The notes beneath the pieces are model-generated. The model worked only from the letters and a program-made list of their open reading frames with translations. It ran no database searches and was not told the origin of the DNA. From an uncultured Pseudomonadota bacterium (GTDB lineage: Bacteria > Oederibacteriota > Muellerivitia > Muellerivitales > Muellerivitaceae): a DNA stretch of 64,000 nt. The stretch spans positions 288,001 to 352,000 of the forward strand of contig CAVYRH010000003.1 in NCBI GenBank assembly GCA_963770835.1, written 5' to 3'. Position numbers and translations under genes: made by a program. Shown in pieces: positions 9,764 through 19,858 of the stretch (position 1 is the first letter of the stretch; the number at the start of each line of letters is the position of its first letter).

Positions 9764-10885
9764 ATGGAATTACAAAATCTTCATTTCGCCAATCCAAACT
9801 GGCTGTGGGGTATTCTTTTTGTACCGCCAGCCTTATTAGCCGCTTTTTGGCATTCCCGGGCCCGGCATTCCACTCTCCTTATTGGGAATCCCAGATTGGT
9901 AGAAATGGCCCCCAACCTGTTCTCCGCCCAATTGGTACCCTGGTTTTTCCGGTTCCTGATCCTGATCCTCTGCCTTTTCGCGGCGGCCCGTCCCCAGTCG
10001 GGTCAGAAAAAAATCGAGGAAAAAAGGCCGGTGACGGATTTGTTCGTTACCCTCGACGTTTCGGGTTCCATGGTCACGGACGACCTTGAACCAAGCCGGA
10101 TCGAAGCCGCCAAACGGATTCTTTCACAGTTCCTCGACGAGGTGCAAAACGTCAGGGTGGGGCTGACGATTTTCGCATTTTACAGTTTCACCCAATGCCC
10201 ATTGACAACCGATGTTGCCATGGTCAAAAAACTTTTGGAGAATGTGGAGCCCGCTCCCCAGTCGATCAAAGCCGATGGAACGGCCATCGGAGACGCCTTG
10301 GTTTCCTCTTTGAACCGCCTCCAAACCGGTGTTGGAAAGGAAGGAACCACTCCAACCGAGAGTTCTTCCCCCCTTCTCTCCAAGCTTTTCAAAATCAATA
10401 GCCCTGCCGACTCGGAAGAATCGAAACCCAACAGCCAGGCCATCCTGTTGATGACCGACGGGGCGAACAATGCGGGCATCGTGGATCCTTTGACAGCCGC
10501 GCGAATTGTGGCCAGCCGGGGAGTGAAAATCTACGCCATCGGTCTTGGGGATATGACCAGGAGAGTTCCAGCCTCTTACGTGGGCCCGGACGGCAAAAGA
10601 CATTTCGGGCTGGATCAAAATGGAAATCTTGTTTATGAAGATCCTTTAGATATGGGCCTGTTAAATGAGATTGCCCGTATTACCGGTGGAAAGGCTTATA
10701 ACGCAAGTAATACCCACACTCTTAAGTCGGTTTTAGATGATATCGCCAAATTGGAAAAGAGGGATGTTTCGATAACGACCCATTGGGAGTACAACGAGCT
10801 GGCATCGTATTTCCTGTTGGCTGCCTTTTTATTGCTGGTTTTGGATATCGGCTTGGAGACAACCGTTTTAAGAACACTACCGTAA
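9764..10885 (+). CDS. batA: BatA-like vWA membrane protein
   Basis: N-terminal FANP.WL (BatA domain), AARP, MIDAS DVSGSM, SFTQCPLTTD, GTAIGDAL, LMTDG, C-terminal TM. Confidence 0.88.
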   Translation: MELQNLHFANPNWLWGILFVPPALLAAFWHSRARHSTLLIGNPRLVEMAPNLFSAQLVPWFFRFLILILCLFAAARPQSGQKKIEEKRPVTDLFVTLDVSGSMVTDDLEPSRIEAAKRILSQFLDEVQNVRVGLTIFAFYSFTQCPLTTDVAMVKKLLENVEPAPQSIKADGTAIGDALVSSLNRLQTGVGKEGTTPTESSSPLLSKLFKINSPADSEESKPNSQAILLMTDGANNAGIVDPLTAARIVASRGVKIYAIGLGDMTRRVPASYVGPDGKRHFGLDQNGNLVYEDPLDMGLLNEIARITGGKAYNASNTHTLKSVLDDIAKLEKRDVSITTHWEYNELASYFLLAAFLLLVLDIGLETTVLRTLP

Positions 10886-10928
10886 TAACTGATGAAGGTC
10901 TGGTTCCTGAATTTTAAACGGAGAATCG

Positions 10929-11918
10929 ATGAACATCGCAAATAACAACTGGCTTTGGTTCCTTGCACCACTTTTTCTTTTGTGGGCGGGATTAACTTTT
11001 TATACCTTTTGGCGGGATCGCCGTGACCTCGGGGTTCTGGGCGAACACAACTTGGTTTTGTCGCCGCAGGTTGTTTGGATTCGCCGGATATTGAAAGGGG
11101 GTTTGGCGTTGACCGGTCTTTTCCTGGCGCTTTTGGGCGCCGTGCGGTTACAGGGCAAGCCGGTTCCCGAGGACCTGAACTTAAGGGGTATTGACGTGAT
11201 GGTGGTGTTGGATGTTTCCAAAAGCATGATGACCCGCGACATTGTGCCGAACCGGCTGGAGGCCGCCAAAAACGCGATTCTGGATTGGGTTCAAAAACAG
11301 GAAGGGGACCGCGTTGGAATGGTGGTCTTCGCGGGAGAGGCGATGGTACAGGTTCCCCTTACTTTCGACCTGGAGGCGGTTTCCCTCTTTGTCTCTCGGG
11401 CTGACGTGAATTCGGTTGACCGGGGGGGAACGGACATTGGTAAGGGCATCCAGGCCGCCCTGGCGGCTTTCGACAAGGATGCCCAAAGCAAACGCGGGAA
11501 GGCCATTTTGCTCATCACCGACGGCGAGACGACGGAAGGCGCTTCGGACGTGACGGAAGCCTGCCAGGAAGCAAAAGAAAAAAATGTGCCGATCGTGGCG
11601 GTTGGGATTGGAACACGTCAGGGAAGTCCCATTCCGGACGGGGTTTCTTTTTGGGGGGAGGCGGTTTATAAAAGGGACGTTGCCGGCAATATTCACATCA
11701 GCCATTTAGACGAGGGAACCCTCCGGAAAATAGCCGACCTCTCGGGTGGAACCTTTGTCCAAGGGGATAATTCGGAAAATCTTGCCTCCATTGAGGGGGT
11801 TTTAGACGGGCTGCAAAAGACGGAAATGAAGGGTCAGGGGACGATGCGCCGCCAGGAACTGGCTCCCTCCCTCGGCGTTTGGTCGGCCGGAGCCATTTTG
11901 CTTTCGGCCATCATTTAG
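10929..11918 (+). CDS. batB: BatB-like vWA membrane protein
   Basis: LDVSKSMMTRDIVPNRLE, GDRVGMVVFAGEA, GGTDIG, LITDGE, GIGT.QGSPIP. Confidence 0.88.
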   Translation: MNIANNNWLWFLAPLFLLWAGLTFYTFWRDRRDLGVLGEHNLVLSPQVVWIRRILKGGLALTGLFLALLGAVRLQGKPVPEDLNLRGIDVMVVLDVSKSMMTRDIVPNRLEAAKNAILDWVQKQEGDRVGMVVFAGEAMVQVPLTFDLEAVSLFVSRADVNSVDRGGTDIGKGIQAALAAFDKDAQSKRGKAILLITDGETTEGASDVTEACQEAKEKNVPIVAVGIGTRQGSPIPDGVSFWGEAVYKRDVAGNIHISHLDEGTLRKIADLSGGTFVQGDNSENLASIEGVLDGLQKTEMKGQGTMRRQELAPSLGVWSAGAILLSAII

Positions 11919-11927
11919 GAGAATGGA

Positions 11928-12950
11928 ATGTTGATGGATGACTTCAAAATTCGGCAAAGACCAGGCATCGCCGGCTTTTTGTTCTCTGCGTTTTTCCTGG
12001 TTCTGGCGGTGGCCATGCCGTTGACGGCATTGGCCGCATCACCGGGCGATGAGGCTTACCAAAATAAGGATTATGAGACGGCCGCAAAATACTTCGGGGA
12101 GAAGGCCCAGAAAAACCCTGACGATGTCGCCGATGCTTATGGATGGGGGAACGCCCTTTACCAACTTGGAAAATACGAAGACGCCGAAAAAGCCTATTCG
12201 CAGGCTTTGGGGAAGAACCCGAATTTAGAACAGGGTTGGTACAACCTAGGTAATTCGGTGTTTCAACAGGACCGCTACAAAGACGCTATTGACGATTATC
12301 AAAAGGCGCTTCAATTGAATCCAAAAGACGAGGACGCCCATCATAATTTGGAATTAGCCCAGAAAAAGCTCAAGAAAAACCCCAAAAAAGACAAAAGTGG
12401 CAAAAAAAATGATAAGGAAAGCAAAAAGAAAAAAGACGAACAGCAGAACCAGCAGTCCCAAAACCAGGGGCAAAACCAACCCTCCCAATCGCAACAGTCC
12501 CAAAACAAGCAAAACCAAAATGGGAACCAACCCGGCCAAAATCAGGGGCAAAAACAACCTTCCCGATCGCAACAATCCCAAAACAAGCAAAACCAAAATG
12601 GCAATCAACCTAGCCAAAATCAGGGCCCCAATAACCCCAATGGAGGGAGTAAACAGGAGCCCAAGGGCTCCGACCCCGACCAAGCCAACCGTGAACGACA
12701 ACAGGATCAACAACGACAAGAAGAAGTTAGAAAACAGTTACCTATGTCGGATCAACAAGTCCAAAACCTCATGGGCCAACTTCAGCAACAAGAGAAAAAC
12801 ACCCAACAGTATTATTCCGCGAATCCCAATAAGGACCAGAAACAACAATCGGATTTATGGAATTACCTTCCAAGGGAACAGCAGGAATTCATGCGGCGTT
12901 TTTTTGGACAGCCCCAAAAGGGTAAGGATGACGTTCCGGAGGATTGGTGA
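11928..12950 (+). CDS. BatC-like TPR protein with Gln-rich tail
   Basis: Signal peptide, TPRs (GWYNLGNSVF, YQKALQLNPKDEDAHHNL), Lys/Gln-rich region, terminal EDW motif. Confidence 0.85.
   Translation: MLMDDFKIRQRPGIAGFLFSAFFLVLAVAMPLTALAASPGDEAYQNKDYETAAKYFGEKAQKNPDDVADAYGWGNALYQLGKYEDAEKAYSQALGKNPNLEQGWYNLGNSVFQQDRYKDAIDDYQKALQLNPKDEDAHHNLELAQKKLKKNPKKDKSGKKNDKESKKKKDEQQNQQSQNQGQNQPSQSQQSQNKQNQNGNQPGQNQGQKQPSRSQQSQNKQNQNGNQPSQNQGPNNPNGGSKQEPKGSDPDQANRERQQDQQRQEEVRKQLPMSDQQVQNLMGQLQQQEKNTQQYYSANPNKDQKQQSDLWNYLPREQQEFMRRFFGQPQKGKDDVPEDW
12459..12614 (+). repeat. 78-bp in-frame tandem duplication in the Gln-rich tail
   Basis: QNQGQNQPSQSQQSQNKQNQNGNQPG followed by QNQGQKQPSRSQQSQNKQNQNGNQPS; units begin at 12459 and 12537. 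Confidence 0.9.
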
Positions 12951-13089
12951 CGGATCAAATCCGTTGAAAATTTTTTTGCGACTTGGACATAGACTGTCGG
13001 CACAGCTAATGACCGTTGTATCTTCGCAGTGGAATACCGGGTTTTTGTGGTATTTTGGGAAGCCTTTTCGGGTTTAAAAGGAAATTGAA

Positions 13090-14070
13090 ATGAAAAAAGA
13101 AATGGGAATATTTTTGCACCTGGCCGTCTTATGGGTCTTTGGTCTCGTAGCCTTGCCTATTGGAGCCCAGCAGGAAACGATTGGTATACGAATGGACGTG
13201 GACAATCGTCAGGTGGAGGTCGGTGACAAATTGTATGTCACTATCGAGTTCAAACAGTTGGGAAATGGCAATTCCCAAGTTGTCAGCGGCCCTTCCATAC
13301 CCACTCCAGAGCATTTTGAAATTAGAGGACAAACCGCCTATACCCAGGTGGTTATGATCAATCAGCAATCCACCATGATTTATACAACCAAGTTGACCTT
13401 AGTGGCCACGACTCCCGGCAACGAAAGTCTTGGGCCCGCCTCGTTGATTTTCCAAGACCCTGCGATGAAAAAGAAGGAGATCAAATCAAATACCGTCAAT
13501 GTCACGGTGGTGGAAAAGAGCGGTTTTTCGTTATTCGGCGGAAAAAAGAAAAATCCACCGACGGAACCACCGGACAATAACCCGTCCGCCAATCCTGACG
13601 ACTTAAGAGGTTTGAAGCCGCTTCTTCCGGAAGTGGTCAACTTGCTTCGGTATGCTCTTTGGACCGTCGTGGGCTTGCTCATTATCGGGTTTTTCATTTG
13701 GCAGTTTCTGAAACCCAGGCGGCCTTCTTCCACATCGCCCGTCCCAATGGGGGTGGAAGCCCAGTTTAGGGAGGCTTGGAAAAAGCTGGGCAATGAAGAT
13801 TTATCCTCCAAGGAATTTTGCCTGGGACTTTCCAAACTGGTACGGGAGTGCATCCAATACCGTTACCAATTTCCAGCTGTGAATTACACCACCGAGGAGA
13901 TATTGCGAGAGATGTCGAAGCGGAAGTCGTTGGACGATGAAAAAGCGGCCATTGAAAAATGCCTTAAAACCTGCGACCGCGTGCTTCACGCCGACGGTAA
14001 TTTGACTGGCCGGGACAACTTGAGAACACTGGCTTCGGTCATCCTGCCGAAAGTGCAAAAAAACACCTGA
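13090..14070 (+). CDS. BatD-like Ig-fold membrane protein
   Basis: Signal peptide, VDNRQVEVGD beta-sandwich, DDLRGLKP plus TM, helical C-terminus (LVRECI...TTEEIL). Confidence 0.75.
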   Translation: MKKEMGIFLHLAVLWVFGLVALPIGAQQETIGIRMDVDNRQVEVGDKLYVTIEFKQLGNGNSQVVSGPSIPTPEHFEIRGQTAYTQVVMINQQSTMIYTTKLTLVATTPGNESLGPASLIFQDPAMKKKEIKSNTVNVTVVEKSGFSLFGGKKKNPPTEPPDNNPSANPDDLRGLKPLLPEVVNLLRYALWTVVGLLIIGFFIWQFLKPRRPSSTSPVPMGVEAQFREAWKKLGNEDLSSKEFCLGLSKLVRECIQYRYQFPAVNYTTEEILREMSKRKSLDDEKAAIEKCLKTCDRVLHADGNLTGRDNLRTLASVILPKVQKNT

Positions 14071-14116
14071 CCGTCCGCAACGGTCAATCAATTCTAATTC
14101 ATTAAGGAGTTTCGGA

Positions 14117-15106
14117 ATGGCAACTCAAAACGAAGAACTGACCCAGGAAGGGCAGCGGCTAAGCGAGCAGTTTGGTAAAGTCCGGGAGGAAGTGGCCAAG
14201 GTGATTGTGGGGCAGCAGGGTTTGTTGGACCGCCTCCTATTAGGATTGCTTGCCAGGGGCCATCTCCTTTTAGAAGGCTTGCCGGGATTGGCCAAGACTT
14301 TGGCAATTAAAACCCTCTCGGAAGCCCTCGGCGTTTCCTTCAGCCGCATCCAATTTACCCCGGACCTGCTTCCGGCGGACCTGTTGGGAACGCGCATCTA
14401 TATGCCAGCCAAAGGCGATTTTAAAACCCAAAAGGGGCCCGTTTTCGCCAATCTGGTTTTGGCCGACGAAATCAACCGGGCTCCGGCCAAGGTCCAGTCC
14501 GCACTTCTAGAAGCCATGCAGGAGCACCAGGTGACGATCGGCCCGGACACCTACAAACTGGAGGAACCCTTTTTCGTCATGGCCACCCAAAACCCCATAG
14601 AGCATGAAGGAACCTATCCCTTGCCCGAAGCGCAGGTGGACCGCTTTTTCATGAAGGTTCAGGTGGGTTATCCCGGTTTTGACGATGAAAAGGAGATCAT
14701 TACCCGAATGACGAGCGGCACCTCCATCAAGACCCGGGAAATTCTTTCGGCACAGGCCATCCTAAAGGCCCAAAACATGGTAGATGATATTTATGTCAGC
14801 GAGCCCCTCAAGGAATACATCGTGCACTTGGTTACCGCAACCCGGAAACCCAAGGATTACCAATTGGAAAGATTAACTCCTTTGATCGAGTACGGTGCAA
14901 GTCCCCGCGCTTCCATCGGACTGACTGTCGCGTCTAAGGCCCACGCTTTCCTGAACGGTCGGGGATATGCCACGCCGGAGGACGTAAAGGCGTTGGCGGC
15001 GGATGTGATGCGGCACCGGCTGATCATGACCTACGAGGCGGAGGCCCAAAACCTGAAGACGGACGACCTAATTGCCCAGGTGCTGAACAAGGTGAAGGTT
15101 CCTTGA
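14117..15106 (+). CDS. moxR: MoxR-family AAA+ ATPase
   Basis: GHLLLEGLPGLAKT, RIQFTPDLLPAD, LADEINRAPAKVQSALLEAM, ATQNPIEHEGTYPLPEAQVDRF. Confidence 0.96.
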   Translation: MATQNEELTQEGQRLSEQFGKVREEVAKVIVGQQGLLDRLLLGLLARGHLLLEGLPGLAKTLAIKTLSEALGVSFSRIQFTPDLLPADLLGTRIYMPAKGDFKTQKGPVFANLVLADEINRAPAKVQSALLEAMQEHQVTIGPDTYKLEEPFFVMATQNPIEHEGTYPLPEAQVDRFFMKVQVGYPGFDDEKEIITRMTSGTSIKTREILSAQAILKAQNMVDDIYVSEPLKEYIVHLVTATRKPKDYQLERLTPLIEYGASPRASIGLTVASKAHAFLNGRGYATPEDVKALAADVMRHRLIMTYEAEAQNLKTDDLIAQVLNKVKVP

Positions 15107-15147
15107 GCGAAAGTTTGCAGTTCAAAAGCTTTAAGTTTTTTAGAAAC

Positions 15148-16104
15148 ATGATGAACTGCCAATGGATTCTCCTACTGGCCGTGGCTGTGGTTCTCACCGG
15201 TTGTAAGTCCAAGGCCAAATGGGGGGAAAGTAATCTACCCCTGCCACCGGGAGCGGACAGCGGTATTTATGACGGCCAATTTGTTCAGACCGATTACGGA
15301 TTTGGATTCCCTCTTCCTTCCAAATGGCTCTACTTGCGGCTTTCGGCAGAACAAGAAGTTGATGAAGTGGCCCGTTTTTCTGATTCCACCCGGGAAATGA
15401 TTGCGCGGGTTTCGGTCCAGCTCATAGGAGATACCGAGACGTTCTCTAAAAAGGGCTGGCAGGACGCCTCGCAGCAAGATCTCGAAAACCACCAGTTCAA
15501 GATCCGGAAAAAAGATTCCGTCCAGGAATGGAAAACGGAGGATTCGGGGCTTTGGGTAGAGGTGCCTTATTTGGTCACGGATGTCAGAGGCGATGAATGG
15601 GCGGATGAGGAGTGGGCTTTAAATAAGGGGGATCTTCTAATTGGGGTCCATGTCTTAATGCCCGGTGAAACCGCCGGGACTGAAAATGGTAGAAAATTCC
15701 TGAAGACCCTCGAGGGGGCCGTGACCCAAATCCATTGGTACATGCCCATCGGTCCACGAGGTGTTTCCATCGACCGGTTTGAATTACAACATTTCACGGA
15801 AGATTTTTGCCGGGTTTTGGAAAGCCGTTCTGTTTCAAAGGTGGGAACTTATTTTGACGACATGTATCCCGATCGTTCCAAATGGAATGACTGGTACCAA
15901 AAGGCGGTCACGGGCGATCCTCAAACCTTCGAACTTAAGGCATCCCTCTCCGGCTTGGTGATCAATGGGGATGGCGCTACAGCTTCCTTCACTTTAATCC
16001 GCCAAGACAAAAGCGATCCGAATCCCAAAAAGTTCGAGAGAAATTTCAAGCTTTCCAAAAAAGAGGGGAGTTGGAAAATCATGACTTCCCTGGATAAAAA
16101 TTAA
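15148..16104 (+). CDS. Hypothetical lipoprotein (possible NTF2-like C-terminus)
   Basis: Lipobox VVLTGC; terminal beta hairpin FKLSKKEGSWKI. Alternative start at 15103. Confidence 0.65.
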   Translation: MMNCQWILLLAVAVVLTGCKSKAKWGESNLPLPPGADSGIYDGQFVQTDYGFGFPLPSKWLYLRLSAEQEVDEVARFSDSTREMIARVSVQLIGDTETFSKKGWQDASQQDLENHQFKIRKKDSVQEWKTEDSGLWVEVPYLVTDVRGDEWADEEWALNKGDLLIGVHVLMPGETAGTENGRKFLKTLEGAVTQIHWYMPIGPRGVSIDRFELQHFTEDFCRVLESRSVSKVGTYFDDMYPDRSKWNDWYQKAVTGDPQTFELKASLSGLVINGDGATASFTLIRQDKSDPNPKKFERNFKLSKKEGSWKIMTSLDKN

Positions 16105-16478
16105 TCCGCGTTTAGCCTTTCTCCAAACCACCCTGAAACGATGTTTTTGGGCTGTTTTAAGGATGTAGATTTAAAATATTGTTAGGATTTAATTGAGAAA
16201 CTGTTGGAATAACATCTCAAAGTGTAGACCTATTCTTTCATTTGAGATGGATGAAATAATGCCGGGTCATTTGGGTAATGCTGTTAACTTTGTTGCGTTT
16301 GAAGAGTTCGTGGGCTAAATGACTCAAAAAGGCAGTGTTTTGAAGTAATATGTTTGTAAAAAAACGATTTTAGCTTTTTAATTGTCTTTGTTGTTGATAG
16401 AATCTTATTGAATTTACGTCGCTTTTTCTATTTCCACTATTTCCCCAACGCCATTAAAACAAAAAGTTTTGGCTCAAA

Positions 16479-18890
16479 TTGATGTGGAGGAAGCCCTTGA
16501 AGTTTTTTTTAGCTTCAGACCCAGACCGTTTACCCAAGCCGCATTTGGTGATTCTTTTCTTTTTAATTAGTTTTATACCCGTCCAATTTGCTTATGCTTC
16601 CTCAATTGTTACTCCGGCGCACATTTTCAGGACTCGGTTGCCGACGCCTACCCAAATTCCGATAAATATCCCAACCCCACTGCCAACCAATACGCCGACT
16701 TTTACTGCTGTTCTTCCAGCTTTTACATTCACACCCATACCAGCGACAAACACCGCGACCTTGATGCCAACGAACACATTCACCCTCACCGCTTCAAATA
16801 CTCCGGCACCCCCAAATGTGACCCCTACCTTCACGAACGTCGTACCTGCGCTTACGCCAACCAATATTTCAACTCCACCACCGGCTATTCCGACATTTAC
16901 CTCCACCAATACAACCGTCCCATCTACGGAAACGTCTACAGCTACTAACGCGCCTGTCCCACCAACGGTTACCTCAACCTACACGTCCGCCAACACAGTT
17001 GTTCCACCAACGGGCACCCCAACGTTGATTTCGACCAATACTTCCGTTCCGACGGATACGCCGACATTGACCGCTACTAACACACCTGTTCCGCTGACGG
17101 CTACCCCGACTTATACGTTTACTAGCACAGCTGTTCCACCTACGGATACACTCACTTCGACCTCAATCAATACTTCGGTTTCGACGGATACGCCGACATC
17201 GACTGCTACTAACACATCTGTTTCCCCGACGGATACTCCGACCTCGACTTCCACCAACACCCCTGTCCCGACATGCACACCGACATCCACGGCGACGGAT
17301 ACAACGGCTCCTCCCACGGATACTCCAACTTCGACCTCCAGCAATACGCCTGTCCCAACTTGCACACCGACCCCAACCGCTACTGATACTGTGGTTCCAC
17401 CGACAGATACCCCGACTTCGATATCCACGAATACGGCTGTTCCGCCGACGGCTACCTCGACGTCGACTTACACCAACACAGCTGTTCCGACGGATACGCC
17501 AACATCGACGGCGACTAGCACATCTGTTCCACCGACAGATACCCCAACTTCTACATTCACGAATACTGCTGTTCCACCGACGGATACCTCGACGTCGACT
17601 TATACCAACACTTTAGTTCCAACGGATACGCCGACATCGACGGCTACTAACACGTCTGTTCCGCCAACAGATACCGCTACAGTCACTTCCACTCCCACGG
17701 TGTGCTCGATTGCAACTGGTCCTTCCGTTCAACTCGGCTCCACCAGCGTGACCATTTCCTGGTCCTCCAATTGCTCAGGATTGGGAGAAGTCCGTTATGG
17801 GTTAATTCAAACCCAATTGAGCAGCGTTGGCGAGGACAAGACTCTCACCCAAAACCCCACGGTAGTTTTGCCGAATCTAGTTTCGGGAAAGACTTATTAT
17901 TACTACGCTGAGACGTTGAACGGGCTCGGAGTCGTTATCGCCCAAAGCGTGACTCTCAGCTTTACGACGTTGGTTAACACGCCCAGCCCTACCGCTACTA
18001 TGACCCCGACTCCGACTACTACCAATACGCCGACCGTTACCTACACTCCGACTTCCTCCAACTCACCGACTGATACCGGGACTTCGACCCCGTCGGGGAC
18101 GGCCACCCCCACACCTACCGCCACCTTCACCCTGACCTTCTCCGACACGCCGACCGATACCGCTACCTCGACTCCATCCGCGACGGCCACCACCACGCCT
18201 ACTGTTACCTCTACGCCGACCGTGTGTTCGATCGCCACCGGCCCTTCCGTTCAACTTGGATCCACCAGCGTGACCATTTCTTGGTCCTCAAATTGCTCAG
18301 GACTGGGGGAAGTCCTTTATGGTTTAACCCTGACCCAATTGAGCGGTGTTGGCGTGGACAAGACTCTCACCCAAAACCCCGCGGTAGTTTTGTCGAATCT
18401 AGTTTCAGGACAGACTTATTATTACTTCGCTGAGACGTTGAACGGACTCGGGGTTGTCACCGCCCAAAGCGTGACACTCAGCTTTACGACATTGACGAAC
18501 ACGCCAAGTCCCACCGCCACTTCGACCCCAACTTCAACCCAAACTGATACGGCAACGGTGACTTCCACCAACACGCTAGTGCCGACCGACACCCCGACTT
18601 CAACCGCCACCAATACAGCCGTTCCACCCACGGATACGCCGACCGATTCCGCAACTTCGACTTCCACCCCCATTCCACCGACCGATACTCCGACCTCGAC
18701 ATCCACAAATACGGCTGTTCCACCCACGGATACTCCAACATTAACCTCAACCAACACGTCAGTTCCAACGGATACGCCGACATCAACGACTACCAATACA
18801 GATGTTCCACCGACGGATACCCCAACGGTTACTTCTGCCGATACCGGGGAAAATCCGACTGAAACACCAATCAGCACAACCTCCCCCTAA
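16479..18890 (+). CDS. Thr/Pro-rich mucin-like secreted protein with two Fn3-like domains
   Basis: Hydrophobic N-terminus, long PPTDTPTSTSTNT repeats, and two TSVTISWSSN...EVxYG...LVSGxTYYY domains. Confidence 0.8.
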   Translation: MMWRKPLKFFLASDPDRLPKPHLVILFFLISFIPVQFAYASSIVTPAHIFRTRLPTPTQIPINIPTPLPTNTPTFTAVLPAFTFTPIPATNTATLMPTNTFTLTASNTPAPPNVTPTFTNVVPALTPTNISTPPPAIPTFTSTNTTVPSTETSTATNAPVPPTVTSTYTSANTVVPPTGTPTLISTNTSVPTDTPTLTATNTPVPLTATPTYTFTSTAVPPTDTLTSTSINTSVSTDTPTSTATNTSVSPTDTPTSTSTNTPVPTCTPTSTATDTTAPPTDTPTSTSSNTPVPTCTPTPTATDTVVPPTDTPTSISTNTAVPPTATSTSTYTNTAVPTDTPTSTATSTSVPPTDTPTSTFTNTAVPPTDTSTSTYTNTLVPTDTPTSTATNTSVPPTDTATVTSTPTVCSIATGPSVQLGSTSVTISWSSNCSGLGEVRYGLIQTQLSSVGEDKTLTQNPTVVLPNLVSGKTYYYYAETLNGLGVVIAQSVTLSFTTLVNTPSPTATMTPTPTTTNTPTVTYTPTSSNSPTDTGTSTPSGTATPTPTATFTLTFSDTPTDTATSTPSATATTTPTVTSTPTVCSIATGPSVQLGSTSVTISWSSNCSGLGEVLYGLTLTQLSGVGVDKTLTQNPAVVLSNLVSGQTYYYFAETLNGLGVVTAQSVTLSFTTLTNTPSPTATSTPTSTQTDTATVTSTNTLVPTDTPTSTATNTAVPPTDTPTDSATSTSTPIPPTDTPTSTSTNTAVPPTDTPTLTSTNTSVPTDTPTSTTTNTDVPPTDTPTVTSADTGENPTETPISTTSP
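17700..18512 (+). repeat. Direct duplication of a ~290-bp Fn3-like module (17700-17990 and 18222-18512)
   Basis: Near-identical DNA at an offset of 522 bp; differences are mostly at third codon positions. Confidence 0.92.
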
Positions 18891-18972
18891 CCTTCTGTTC
18901 CGACTTCTCAATTGAAATGGGTTGTTTGGATATGTACCCTGTGACTATCTAAATTTTTCTTTGGAGGTTTTC

Positions 18973-19845
18973 GTGCGGAGTATGACGGGTTTCGGACGCG
19001 GCGCAGGGCAAACCAAGACCGTGCAAGTAGTGGCGGAAATTAAGACCGTCAATCATAAATACCATGACCTTTCGGTGAAACTGCCAGCGTCTTACCAATC
19101 CATGGAACCGGATTTGAGGGAGATGATCCTGGCCTCGGTCACCCGGGGCAAGGTGGATTTTTTCCTGAAAGACCTCTCACCGTCGCGATCCAGGACCGTT
19201 CAAATCAACGAAGACCTGATCACCGAGTACCTGAAGGCGGCAAAGAAAGCCGCAACCCGGTTCAAAATCAAAGGTGAACTTTCCATCGAAACCGTCCTTC
19301 GGATGCCCGACGTTCTTTCGGTGGTGGAGGAGGAACGACAGGAGTCGGAACAAAAAAAAGCGGTCATCGAGGCGGTACAAGAGGCCTTAAAAGCCTTGGA
19401 AAAAATGCGACAGTCGGAAGGATCGAGGCTGGGGAAGGACATGTTGGAGAGGGCTCGGGATATTTCGGGAGTGGTCCAACAGATCCGGAGCCGGCACAAA
19501 GCTGTAATGGCTGAAAAGCTGAAAGCTTTCCGCGAGAAAATCTCTGAATTCCTCCCCGTGCCTCTCCAGGATCAGATGCGCCTCTCCACCGAAGAAAGCG
19601 TCACCCTCCAGCGGCATGACATCGCTGAGGAACTGACCCGCCTTGATAGCCATCTTGAAGCTCTGCAGGAAACATTGAAGGACAAGGGGAGTGTAGGACG
19701 AAAACTTGATTTTCTGATTCAGGAAATGAACCGGGAAGCCAATACGGTAGGTTCCAAGTCCGCGGACTCCAAGATGGCCCAAAGCGTTGTCCGGCTAAAA
19801 GAGCTGTTGGAACAATTGAGAGAACAAATCCAGAACATTGAATGA
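18973..19845 (+). CDS. yicC: YicC/YloC family endoribonuclease
   Basis: RSMTGFGR, EIKTVNHKY, DIAEELTRLDSH, GRKLDFLIQEMNREANTVGSK, EQLREQIQNIE. GGAGG plus GTG start. Confidence 0.95.
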   Translation: MRSMTGFGRGAGQTKTVQVVAEIKTVNHKYHDLSVKLPASYQSMEPDLREMILASVTRGKVDFFLKDLSPSRSRTVQINEDLITEYLKAAKKAATRFKIKGELSIETVLRMPDVLSVVEEERQESEQKKAVIEAVQEALKALEKMRQSEGSRLGKDMLERARDISGVVQQIRSRHKAVMAEKLKAFREKISEFLPVPLQDQMRLSTEESVTLQRHDIAEELTRLDSHLEALQETLKDKGSVGRKLDFLIQEMNREANTVGSKSADSKMAQSVVRLKELLEQLREQIQNIE

Positions 19846-19858
19846 AGAACTTTTTAAA

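Noticed and set aside
17700..18512. Duplicated module as a DGR template/variable repeat pair
   Set aside because: Mismatches are mostly synonymous third-position changes of all base types rather than adenine-specific. Both copies are in frame in one gene and there is no reverse transcriptase in the window.
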